20,000 nt of DNA from an uncultured virus (IMG/VR IMGVR_UViG_3300028384_001589) (IMGVR_UViG_3300028384_001589), one strand, 5' to 3'; counted from the first letter of the stretch, positions 9,601 through 16,513 are shown. Numbers and translations are program-made. Notes: generated from the letters alone by a model not told the origin.

Positions 9601-10331
9601 TCTTGTGGATGTTCTCCGCTGTGTGCATCGTCACCGTTTTTAGCAACATAAAAAACATTTCCTGGAGTTAGTGTTAGATCTAAATCTCCAATAGTAAGAC
9701 CAGCAGTTGTAATACTTGTTGCTGTTAAATCATTAAAATAACCGTGTGCCCACTTCTTAGTAGAATTACCAATTGTGTATGTATTTGTTACGTCTGGAAT
9801 TAAGTCAGACGCAATGTCTGCATTAATTGTAACTGTGTCAGTATCTTGGTCACCAATGGTGATATCACCATCTGCACTGATGTTTCCAGTAGCGTGTAAA
9901 TTACCTGTAACGTTTGTGTTACCATAAAAATTAATTGTACCTGTACCATTAGGACGAAACTCTAAGTTTTGATTAGTTCCTAATGTACGGATTACACTAC
10001 CGTCAATTTCAATATCATCTACCTGTAATCTATCCTGATAAATTACACTGTTTGGTGTAGCAATATTGAATATTGATTGTGTAGTAGAAATAGTATTAGT
10101 ACCACCGTCAATAGTAATATTACCGATAGGTAATGTGGTATCTAAAATATCTAATGTTTGAATTCTTGCTGATCCGTTAACGTCTAATTCCGCTTGTGGA
10201 GATGCAGTCTTAATTCCTACTCGGCTATTATTAACATCTAAGTAAAGTAGATCCGTTTCAAATGCTAAATCCACGCCTTGACGCAGTAGATTTGCCTTTA
10301 AGAGCGGACCAGATATACGACCAACTGCCAC
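6621..10331 (-). CDS. Large virion fibre/spike protein (1236 aa): beta-helix region, LamG/ConA-like lectin domain, C-terminal PxG...RP...GMxR(Y/F)N repeats
   Basis: Start reassigned to GTG at 10331, which has AAGGAG upstream and gives MAVGRISGPLLKANL, aligning with the paralog's MSLGRISGPLLKANL. LamG signature GDFTIEGWFY...WTHVAVTR...LYVNG...GHVDDFRLS at about 8830-8230. VFYVAKNGDD...PYLTIAQAL motif. Confidence 0.88.
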   Translation of the reverse strand: MAVGRISGPLLKANLLRQGVDLAFETDLLYLDVNNSRVGIKTASPQAELDVNGSARIQTLDILDTTLPIGNITIDGGTNTISTTQSIFNIATPNSVIYQDRLQVDDIEIDGSVIRTLGTNQNLEFRPNGTGTINFYGNTNVTGNLHATGNISADGDITIGDQDTDTVTINADIASDLIPDVTNTYTIGNSTKKWAHGYFNDLTATSITTAGLTIGDLDLTLTPGNVFYVAKNGDDAHSGEHPQDPYLTIAQALSVASTGDTIHIYPGEYEEVFPLNVPAGVTIIGEGIRSVKVIPTSGTNNNNAFVLQGESSIMNLTVADFYYDSINDTGWAFSFANNFEVTSRSPYIKNVSVITKGSVTSASDPRGFDQADAGRGAKLDGEQATANSREASMLFHSVTFITPGAVGLYATNGARIEWLNSFVYFADKAIFGENGTNGLKGTGRTKVKLSGLVGTPTAGEVFQYTDSQGTVVNATVNEVDGNYIYLNNNVSGLETKYERGGKTVVAVDNAQIDTAIKKFGTGSLLLDGTGDYISVATDPDFGFGTGDFTIEGWFYANSVTGTRALVDMRAGTATDTGLYLYADAGVVKVYYNGAELLSGGLLSTTTWTHVAVTRTGSTINLYVNGTRVDSDNAFSSDIGSSKPLLIGSAFNASSFWDGHVDDFRLSAVARYTLGSYTPPLNEVSNDTDSRILLRFNGVDSSSTFEDDVIVLQNIGFGGGAYATGIELADFSDFGCEIRSIGSACVYGNYGIYGDGNGVVMYLISQNLAYIGNGKEVDNDPTTVIQSQEVTKLNEANVYFSSVDHKGDFRVGDVFHVNQADGTVNFTNANFNIDTLQSVRFSTGSSTTIIDGDKIQTGNIRLSGNTVESLSGDLNIDAQSGIVNFSDDVNITGDLDVTGDVTIGGNITIGDEATDSIEIVAGIASNLVPSEDGTFTLGTATNEWRKLYAGEAQIDDININTNVIQTTNTNQDLELRASGTGSIKVDDLSFKTNIISSTGDMILDPGSETVDINSTGSLTLPRGTTAQRPGTPAVGMLRYNTDTDVFEGYDGQWITLNGVRDVDQDTYILAEQTPGADDDTLYFYAGGQLVADVNQTRFNVEKLAVDDIEIEGNTVRTVTTNADLNLRANGTGRVLVENFGFNQNSITNTVAGAVTTLAQTGNGYFKIEGTGGFVIPVGDLSNRHPTPETGMMRFNTQDDRVELYDNTGQWVSVAGSSGAVSAQDAEEIAIKMAVTIG
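7392..7423. repeat. 32-bp exact direct repeat, copy 1 (copy 2 at 11216..11247)
   Basis: tcctgtaccacttgcacgtaattctaaatctt occurs in both paralogous fibre genes and extends to 38/39 identity. Confidence 0.9.
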
Positions 10332-10443
10332 CTTATTCTCCTTTAAGCGGGGATCATTTTGTCCCTCTAACCTGTTTTGACCTTCCCAATCGCTGGTTAA
10401 CCACGGTTTGTCCTGCAACGGCTTGGTCGGCCATTGTTGCATT
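10332..10443 (-). promoter_or_regulatory. Putative structured 5' leader of the 1236-aa fibre gene
   Basis: About 110 nt between the TAAATA core and the SD/GTG. Hairpins UGCAAC/GUUGCA, UGG-UUAA-CCA and GGGA/UCCC. Three GG(A/U)CAAA motifs. Confidence 0.5.
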
Positions 10444-10448
10444 AATAG

Positions 10449-10454
10449 TATTTA
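10449..10454 (-). promoter_or_regulatory. T4-like late promoter core (TAAATA)
   Basis: Minus strand cgcTAAATActatt, just after the stop of the 951-aa gene. Confidence 0.7.
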
Positions 10455-10468
10455 GCGTTTTTTGGATA

Positions 10469-13324
10469 TTACCCGAGTATTATGTTCCAAAGGAAGTTCA
10501 CATCTTCGGCGTATTCTTCAGTAACAGACTCACCGCCACCAGCCGCTAAAACCCACTGTGTTCCGTTCCAACTTTCAAGGTATCCTCTGTCTGTGTTATA
10601 ACGTGTTGCACCTGTTTCTGGGTTGCTTGGACGTTGGCTGTCATCACCAAATGGAACAACAATACCCATAGTTTGATCAAACTTCAAGTATGAATATATG
10701 TCTGCTAATTGGAATGTAAATGCACTGTTTAGTGTGTTAGTAATTGTGTTATCTTTGAAAACAAGATCTTCTTGTCCAATAGAACCCAATCCATTAGATC
10801 TAAAAGAAATATCTGCATTAGGTGTAGCACTTGTTATTGTATTTCCGTCAATACTAAGTGTGTTTTGTGAGTCAAATCTGTTTGTTTCAAGAATTTGACC
10901 ATTTAATAATGTATTGGTTGCTCCGCCTGTCACAAATCTAAATTCATTGTTTTGTAAATCAAAGAACGTGTCTCTGTCAGTGTCGTATACTCCAGGGAAA
11001 CTTACATTACCTCCACTGTATCCTTCAAAAATACCAATCGAACTGTTGTAACGTATATCACCTACGTTATCTTTTCGTTGTGCATTTGTACCCACAGGAA
11101 GTTGAATACGTGTTGTACTGTCTATAGTAAGTTTTGTATTAGGTTGTAACTGCAAATCGTCTATGTAAGATCCTAAAATATTACTTCGAGCAGTAATATT
11201 ATCAAAAACTACATTTCCTGTACCACTTGCACGTAATTCTAAATCTTCGTTTGTATTGTTTACTTGAATATAGTTTTCATTAAATGTAAAACTGTCAAGT
11301 TCTAAACCATTTAGATAAGAGTTTTTCCATCTTTTTGTAGATGTTCCTAAGTCATATGTGTTTGTAACATTAGGATACAAATCTTGATCAAACGGTGTAT
11401 TAAAATCTACCGTATCACTTGCTTGATCACCAATTCTTACCAACGATCCGCCAATTGTCAAACTTCCGTCAAGTGTAAGTTGATCCATTCTAACATTTGT
11501 AGGAATATTATGTACATTAGAAGGTGAAGCAAAATTAATTGGTCCTGCAACAGATTTAATTGTGTTAGGTGCAATAATTCTTATAGCACCAGTTTCAACA
11601 TTGCCGCCATCAATAAATGAAGTTTCACCGCCCGGAGTTGTTACACGTAAACTTGATATTCCACTTGCATCAACTGTGTCGGCATCAATACTTGTTGTAC
11701 CGTCTTTTAGATTTACAAAGAAGTTATCACCAACTTTGAAGTTACCTAATTGATCCTGTGATTGAAAATAAACAGTACCATTATTAATTTTTACAACTTC
11801 ATTTGCTGAAACATTTAAGGTATTGTCATTGGTTACATCTTTGCCTACGCCAATGTAAGCAAAGTTATGTGAAATTAAATATGCAAGTGTTTCATCACCG
11901 TCAGCAACAATACCGTAATTACCATAGATACTTGCTGATCCAATTGAACGCAATTCTCCACCTTTGATTAGTACACTGTCACTTCTCCATCTTCCTGGAC
12001 CGTTAACAATATAGTACGATCTGTTAGCAAAATATGTAAAGGAATTTAACCACTCTACTCTAACACCGTTAGTCATTGTAACAGCATCTACTCCAGGTGT
12101 AATAAATGTTACACTATGGAATAGCATACTTGCTTCATTTGTGTCGTGATCTAAAACACTTCCATCAATATAAGCGCCGCGACCTGCGTCTCCACTTGCA
12201 AACCCTCTTGGATCTGTTGCACTTACTGCACTGCCTTGTGTAATTACTGTTACGTTTCTAATGTAAGGTGAACGTGTTGTAACTCTTGCATCTCCGGCAA
12301 ATCTAAAAGCATGACCTTTATTGTTTGCACTGTCATAGAAAAAGTTTTTGATTGTTAAATTTTCAACTGTACTTTCACCGTTTAGTAAAAATGCATCTTC
12401 GCTTTGATTATCTGTAGTAGGACGTATTTCTACGTTACGAATATCTTGTCCTTTTACTGTAACTCCTGCAGGTACTTCTAAAGGAAATTCTTCTTCGTAA
12501 TCACCTGCATTAATGTAAACAGTATCTCCTGCTTGTGCTCGACTTAGAGCATATTTAATTGTACCTAAAGGACCTTGTGGACTTGTACCACGTCTTGTAT
12601 TGTCGCCATTAACAGCAACATACCATATTTTACCCTGTGAAAGTGTAACTTCAATTCCATCAATGGTTACATTTTCTGCACTAATAACATTATCAACACT
12701 GAGTGCAGTTGATTCTAAATTAAATCTTTTTAGGTTTGCACCAATATTAAATGTATCTGTAACATCTGGCATTAGGTTGCCGTCGATGTCGCCCCTAAAT
12801 CTTACATTATCTTCATCGCCATCACCACCGATAAAAATATTTCCATCAAATGTAATATTACCAGTAGCATGAATGTTACCATCTGCTGTTACAGTTTTTG
12901 CCGCGGTAATTAATTCAATAGTTCCTGTACCGTTTGTTATAACATCTACATCTGCATTTGTTGTGTGTGAGCCAACATAATTGTTTTGTATGTCAACCGA
13001 CGATGTTCTAATACCGCCAACAACTACTCCACTGCCTGCGCCGCCAGCATGATTAATATTAATATTTCCTGCAAGTGTGCTTATACCGTCTGGTCCAAAC
13101 GTTAAGTCACCTATGTTTAGTTTATTTGTAATTGTAAGATCTTGTCCACTACTTCTTGCTCTAAGTGTACCGTCAACTGTAAATTCTCTTGGGCGTGTAA
13201 GGGTATTAATACCAATTTTTCCATCGGTATGGCCTATGTACAGTAAATCTGTTTCAACTGCAAGGTCTGCTTCTCTTTGTAGATTTGCTTTTAAAAGCGG
13301 TCCGGAAATTCTTCCAAGGCTCAT
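10469..13324 (-). CDS. Large virion fibre/spike protein (951 aa), paralog of 6621..10331 lacking the LamG insert
   Basis: AAGGAG SD. Shares GRISGPLLKANL, RSPYI.NV.VIT.GS, EASMLFHSVTFITPG, EWLNSF.YFA, E.RSIGSA..YGNYGI and the C-terminal P.G....RP..P.TG..R.NT motifs with the downstream gene. Confidence 0.9.
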   Translation of the reverse strand: MSLGRISGPLLKANLQREADLAVETDLLYIGHTDGKIGINTLTRPREFTVDGTLRARSSGQDLTITNKLNIGDLTFGPDGISTLAGNININHAGGAGSGVVVGGIRTSSVDIQNNYVGSHTTNADVDVITNGTGTIELITAAKTVTADGNIHATGNITFDGNIFIGGDGDEDNVRFRGDIDGNLMPDVTDTFNIGANLKRFNLESTALSVDNVISAENVTIDGIEVTLSQGKIWYVAVNGDNTRRGTSPQGPLGTIKYALSRAQAGDTVYINAGDYEEEFPLEVPAGVTVKGQDIRNVEIRPTTDNQSEDAFLLNGESTVENLTIKNFFYDSANNKGHAFRFAGDARVTTRSPYIRNVTVITQGSAVSATDPRGFASGDAGRGAYIDGSVLDHDTNEASMLFHSVTFITPGVDAVTMTNGVRVEWLNSFTYFANRSYYIVNGPGRWRSDSVLIKGGELRSIGSASIYGNYGIVADGDETLAYLISHNFAYIGVGKDVTNDNTLNVSANEVVKINNGTVYFQSQDQLGNFKVGDNFFVNLKDGTTSIDADTVDASGISSLRVTTPGGETSFIDGGNVETGAIRIIAPNTIKSVAGPINFASPSNVHNIPTNVRMDQLTLDGSLTIGGSLVRIGDQASDTVDFNTPFDQDLYPNVTNTYDLGTSTKRWKNSYLNGLELDSFTFNENYIQVNNTNEDLELRASGTGNVVFDNITARSNILGSYIDDLQLQPNTKLTIDSTTRIQLPVGTNAQRKDNVGDIRYNSSIGIFEGYSGGNVSFPGVYDTDRDTFFDLQNNEFRFVTGGATNTLLNGQILETNRFDSQNTLSIDGNTITSATPNADISFRSNGLGSIGQEDLVFKDNTITNTLNSAFTFQLADIYSYLKFDQTMGIVVPFGDDSQRPSNPETGATRYNTDRGYLESWNGTQWVLAAGGGESVTEEYAEDVNFLWNIILG
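11216..11247. repeat. 32-bp exact direct repeat, copy 2 (copy 1 at 7392..7423)
   Basis: Same 32-mer, encoding DLELRASGTG in both genes. Confidence 0.9.
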
Positions 13325-13343
13325 AGTTAATACTCCTTAACTA

Positions 13344-13349
13344 TATTTA
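13344..13349 (-). promoter_or_regulatory. T4-like late promoter core (ATAAATA)
   Basis: Minus strand caATAAATAtagttAAGGAGtattaactATG. Confidence 0.7.
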
Positions 13350-13355
13350 TTGGAT

Positions 13356-13883
13356 TTACTTGTCGAAGTTATGTAGGACTGTTACTGCTTTGCCGTTTGG
13401 CACTGGTGAAAGGAATTTAATGTAATAACCGTCTGCATAAGGACTGTTAGGTCCTGCAAGATTACCACTTGAACTTTGTTCAAGTGTGTAGTTAGTTGTT
13501 GAAAGTTGTAGAACGTTTTCTACAACAACAAATACGCTCTGTGCTGAACTTGGTACTGGATATGAACTGTCGTTTGCATCAAGAGGACCAAAGACAGTTT
13601 CAACTCCGTCGCCTGTTCCTAAACTTTGTTGTGTAATAGGTGTAGGTTCTTTAAGTCTAATTTCTTTCCATACACCGTTATCGTAAAATTCAACACTGTT
13701 GTTGTCGTTGTTAAAACGCATTTGACCAAGTGCAGGATTTGAAGGACGATCAGCGTCGCCTCCTACAGGAACTCTCATAGCCGCTTTTGATCTAAATTCA
13801 AACACACCGTTTGTATTATAGAAAGCACCCTGGCCTCTAAATACACCTCTGCGATTTGTTGTTTGTGCTTTTAAAAATCTCAT
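13356..13883 (-). CDS. Virion structural protein (175 aa)
   Basis: Contains the VPVG...RP.NP..GQMRFN...EFY...W motif also found at the C-termini of the large fibre genes, plus a GDG..T.F...V.VENVLQ...YTL module. TAATG stop/start overlap with the upstream gene. Confidence 0.85.
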   Translation of the reverse strand: MRFLKAQTTNRRGVFRGQGAFYNTNGVFEFRSKAAMRVPVGGDADRPSNPALGQMRFNNDNNSVEFYDNGVWKEIRLKEPTPITQQSLGTGDGVETVFGPLDANDSSYPVPSSAQSVFVVVENVLQLSTTNYTLEQSSSGNLAGPNSPYADGYYIKFLSPVPNGKAVTVLHNFDK

Positions 13884-14230
13884 TACACTTCCAAGTAACT
13901 GACTGTAGCACTTAAATTATATGGTGCTTGTCCTGTTAAGATAATTCTATCTCCTGCGGATAATACCATCTTTTCAGTATCAAACGTAAAACTATCAGAA
14001 CCAGCAACTTTAACTGCTTTTGCAATTTGTGTTTGTGCACCTACTGTAATTGCTCCGTTTGCCGCGTCTGCTGGAACAAAATAAAGATCAAATGTTGCAT
14101 CGTTTGCACCTGTTAAATCTTCTGCGGCATGGTTACAAACAACTAATGTAAGAATTGCGTACTGTTTATCCGTTGGAACAGTTACTATTGCTTGTTGTGT
14201 GTTATCTACTAAAATATTTGCTATTGCCAT
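13883..14230 (-). CDS. Small beta-rich virion protein (putative fibre adaptor), distant paralog of 6287..6616
   Basis: 115-aa ORF with AAGGA upstream, translationally coupled to the next gene. Motif similarity to the 109-aa ORF. Confidence 0.8.
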   Translation of the reverse strand: MAIANILVDNTQQAIVTVPTDKQYAILTLVVCNHAAEDLTGANDATFDLYFVPADAANGAITVGAQTQIAKAVKVAGSDSFTFDTEKMVLSAGDRIILTGQAPYNLSATVSYLEV

Positions 14231-14235
14231 CGTAA

Positions 14236-14241
14236 TATTTA
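14236..14241 (-). promoter_or_regulatory. Possible late promoter core 5 nt upstream of ATG (leaderless start)
   Basis: Minus strand aaggaTAAATAttacgATG. Could instead be merely the SD spacer. Confidence 0.4.
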
Positions 14242-14244
14242 TCC

Positions 14245-15216
14245 TTACAATAGATACCCATAAAGTAGGGCTCTATTTTTACTAATTAGTTCATCGTTTG
14301 TATTATTTGTATTTACAAAATATAAGCCGGTATTACCTACACCTTCTGACTTAGAATACAGTTTAATTCCGTCTGTTGGTGCTAATGGATCTACAATTGG
14401 ATCATCAGTTCCTGGAGTTTCTGTAATTTGTAATACATCATTGATTTTAACTGTACCAGTCCCTGGTGCATCTAATACAATATCTCCATTACTTACAGTT
14501 CCTGAAATTGTTTGACCTGCAATTCTTAAATCATTAAGTTCGATTCTGTCTGGAAAATATGTAGCAATGACAGAACTATCCATCATAAAGTCTACTCTAC
14601 TTAATCCTACGCCATCAGTTGCATCTGTTGCTTCAACCTGTGTATTACCATCTGCAATTTTTCTAATTTGCAAGTCTGTGAGTGTTTGATCAATAGCACC
14701 GTCTACATATGCTACGTTTGCTAATGCTTCGTCTACACCTATAATAGCATTTCCATAAGCAGTTGCAGATCCAACTATTGTTACCGGTCTGCTATTTGTG
14801 TCAAGAAATAGTTCACTACCACCTGTTTGAATGCTTGGTGCTCTTATACCTAAATAATTTCCTGCTGTATCTTTGAATGTAAATGTACCAAATGCTTGAA
14901 CTGCTGGAGCATTTGGATTCACATATTCTAAACTTTCGTCAAATAATATCTGTGCATCGTCTAAAGTACCTCTATCAATTCTAATACCTGCTGTAGTTTC
15001 TCCAACACCTGCGCCAGTTTCGCCTCTGTTGATTAATAGGATATTATCTTCAATTTCTAAATTAGTCGAACTTACTGTTACAGTTTCACCTTCAACTACC
15101 AAATCACCCGTAACTCTAACTTCACCAACACCTGCACCTGTGTCAAGTCTAATAGATCCGTTGTTTTGAACTTTTACTGTAAAGTTACCATTTGGTACTG
15201 AAACATATTTTGACAT
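14245..15216 (-). CDS. Virion structural/fibre-like protein (323 aa)
   Basis: AAGGA SD. Gly/Thr/Asp-rich, with VTGDLVVEG...LEIEDNILLINRGETG...AGIRIDRG and GDIVLDAPGTGTVKI motifs typical of phage fibre proteins; the latter is shared with neighbouring genes. Confidence 0.82.
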   Translation of the reverse strand: MSKYVSVPNGNFTVKVQNNGSIRLDTGAGVGEVRVTGDLVVEGETVTVSSTNLEIEDNILLINRGETGAGVGETTAGIRIDRGTLDDAQILFDESLEYVNPNAPAVQAFGTFTFKDTAGNYLGIRAPSIQTGGSELFLDTNSRPVTIVGSATAYGNAIIGVDEALANVAYVDGAIDQTLTDLQIRKIADGNTQVEATDATDGVGLSRVDFMMDSSVIATYFPDRIELNDLRIAGQTISGTVSNGDIVLDAPGTGTVKINDVLQITETPGTDDPIVDPLAPTDGIKLYSKSEGVGNTGLYFVNTNNTNDELISKNRALLYGYLL

Positions 15217-15234
15217 TTTAAATCCTTAAACTAA

Positions 15235-15254
15235 GTGGGGGATTGCTCCCCCAC
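15235..15254 (-). terminator. Strong hairpin with weak U-tract (leaky terminator or mRNA stabiliser)
   Basis: GUGGGGGA-GCAA-UCCCCCAC, a perfect 8-bp stem with GNRA loop, followed by UUAGUUU, directly after the stop at 15263. Confidence 0.7.
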
Positions 15255-15262
15255 CAATGTTA

Positions 15263-15712
15263 TTATGCATCATCTGTGAAATCGTCGTCGTCAGTTCCTG
15301 CAAGATCGTCATCACCTGCTTCTTCAACTTGTACGCCGCCGTCTGTTAAGTCTGCATCAAAGTTCCATGCAGTTGACTTACCGTCTAATGCGTTAGTACC
15401 TGTTGCACTTGGAGCCGCTAATGTAACTTTGCGTCCTGAAATTTTAGATACGCCATAAGTTTCACCGTCGTCACCTTTTACTGAAATAGACATTTGACCT
15501 GCTGTCAAAGCCGCTGGTAAAACACCAGTTTGTAGAACACAAGTGTATTCTGTATCTGTTGCTCCAATTTCAGCAACAACAAAACGCTTTGATCCTTTTT
15601 GTCTTACAATATGACCTTCAACAACTGATGTACCGTTGTGAAAGTTAACTTTAATTTCGTTTCCTCCAGCAGTTGGTTCGCCGAAGTATCTTTTATTAAG
15701 TGGTCTTCCCAT
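15263..15712 (-). CDS. Hypothetical late protein (149 aa, MGRPLNKRYFG...), possibly an abundant virion/head protein
   Basis: Start reassigned from 15739 to the ATG at 15712, which has the SD TAGGAG. Acidic C-terminus. Has its own late promoter and downstream hairpin. Confidence 0.85.
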   Translation of the reverse strand: MGRPLNKRYFGEPTAGGNEIKVNFHNGTSVVEGHIVRQKGSKRFVVAEIGATDTEYTCVLQTGVLPAALTAGQMSISVKGDDGETYGVSKISGRKVTLAAPSATGTNALDGKSTAWNFDADLTDGGVQVEEAGDDDLAGTDDDDFTDDA

Positions 15713-15733
15713 TTGTTTTCTCCTATATAAGTA

Positions 15734-15802
15734 GTCCAATGCGGGTTCTATCCGCTACGCTGTGGGTACAGCATAAGTCCGCCTTGCGGCTCGCTATTTG
15801 AC
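15734..15802 (-). promoter_or_regulatory. Putative structured 5' leader (multi-stem junction)
   Basis: Closing GUCAAAU/AUUGGAC (one mismatch) encloses GCC-GCAA-GGC, UAUGCUGU-ACCC-ACAGCGUA and GCGG-AUAGAAC-CCGC. Confidence 0.62.
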
Positions 15803-15807
15803 ACAAG

Positions 15808-15813
15808 TATTTA
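15808..15813 (-). promoter_or_regulatory. T4-like late promoter core (ATAAATA) overlapping the upstream stop codon
   Basis: Minus strand agaTAAATActtgtgtc. The predicted +1 coincides with the start of the structured leader. Confidence 0.7.
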
Positions 15814-16230
15814 TCTAATTGTATAGAATGGTGATTTTTTCGGGGTTACAGTTAAATTGATAAAATGCCTAATAAAATCAAAACGTGTGGCAAGTAATCC
15901 AAATAATTCGGTATTCATTCCTTCGTTGATCATAGTATAACTGCTTTTACCTATATTACTATAATAATCAATGCTTATACCGTATTCAGGAAATACACCC
16001 GTAACAAACAAACAAGTATCACCCAATTCTTTGGCAGATAATCTATAAGGTTGTTTTAATGCTAAGAGTTCTTCTGCGAATGTAGTTTCAGGTAGGAAAT
16101 TTGGTTTGTCAATTTTATCTGCAAGAAGCATTACTACGTAGGATTCAATTTCAATAGGTAATTGATATCCTGTAGTCTCGGATGCCTCCTTGACAATATC
16201 ATAAAAGGCCGTTGTATATTCGTCCTTCAT
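15811..16230 (-). CDS. Hypothetical protein (139 aa), globular and apparently non-structural
   Basis: Intact ORF with motif-like blocks ESYVVMLLA, KELGDTCLFVTGVFPE and YYSNIGKSSY. No SD; TAAATA lies 5 nt before the ATG. Confidence 0.8.
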   Translation of the reverse strand: MKDEYTTAFYDIVKEASETTGYQLPIEIESYVVMLLADKIDKPNFLPETTFAEELLALKQPYRLSAKELGDTCLFVTGVFPEYGISIDYYSNIGKSSYTMINEGMNTELFGLLATRFDFIRHFINLTVTPKKSPFYTIR

Positions 16231-16235
16231 ACAAA

Positions 16236-16241
16236 TATTTA
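16236..16241 (-). promoter_or_regulatory. Late promoter core giving a probably leaderless mRNA
   Basis: Minus strand gacTAAATAtttgtATG, immediately downstream of a terminator. Confidence 0.65.
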
Positions 16242-16247
16242 GTCATT

Positions 16248-16280
16248 AAAAAAGGTTTATCCAGTCTCCCGAATAAACCT
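16248..16280 (-). terminator. Rho-independent terminator closing the candidate ncRNA
   Basis: AGGUUUAUUCGG-GAGA-CUGGAUAAACCU (12-bp stem with 2 GU pairs, GNRA loop) followed by a U-tract. Confidence 0.85.
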
Positions 16281-16507
16281 CTTTTAGGCATAAGCAAAAT
16301 AGGGAGGACTCGGTTATACCTCCAACCCCTCGCCGCAGATACCATTCTGAAACCAGGGAGCCTGTAGCCGCTCGGTAGAGCGATGTGACTCAGCGTATTT
16401 CTACTACCAAGCCTGGGTACCACCCCTTTACAGCCAAGTTCGACGCTCTGGTAAACGCCTCTTCCTTGCACTATATACATCGGACCGCTAAATCCTTTGT
16501 AACTTAT
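16248..16507 (-). ncRNA. Candidate structured non-coding RNA (about 260 nt with terminator; folded core about 16470-16294), family not recognised
   Basis: 53% GC over 16301-16480 (96/180, hand count) in an AT-rich window. Nested helices and several hairpins. Flanked by a sigma70-type promoter and an intrinsic terminator. No convincing CDS. Confidence 0.72.
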
Positions 16508-16513
16508 AATACT

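Noticed and set aside
10360..10416. c-di-GMP-I riboswitch resemblance (CAGGACAAACC...GGGAAGGUCAAAAC)
   Set aside because: No GNRA-capped P2, no GACGCAAAGC junction and no convincing P1/P3. The similarity is too loose to call.
10332..10442. 37-aa N-terminal extension given in the ORF track for the 1273-aa ORF
   Set aside because: Paralog alignment and an AAGGAG SD favour GTG at 10331. Kept only as a possible minor isoform.
15713..15739. Start at 15739 given in the ORF track
   Set aside because: It is a non-ATG start inside the leader stem, whereas the SD TAGGAG points to ATG 15712.
16412..16430. T-box-like sequence AAGGGGUGGUACC within the ncRNA
   Set aside because: It lacks the following GCG and a complementary antiterminator strand, and there is no Stem I or amino-acid-related gene downstream. 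A tRNA-CCA-pairing role remains only speculation.
16290..16475. RNase P, lysine riboswitch, SRP or group II intron identity for the ncRNA
   Set aside because: Only fragments match (3' GCUUAU, AGAGGCG, AAAGGGG, CCCUAU). GAGGAAAGUCC, the SRP GGAA-loop helix, the lysine GCCGAA/CUGUC core and domain V are all absent.
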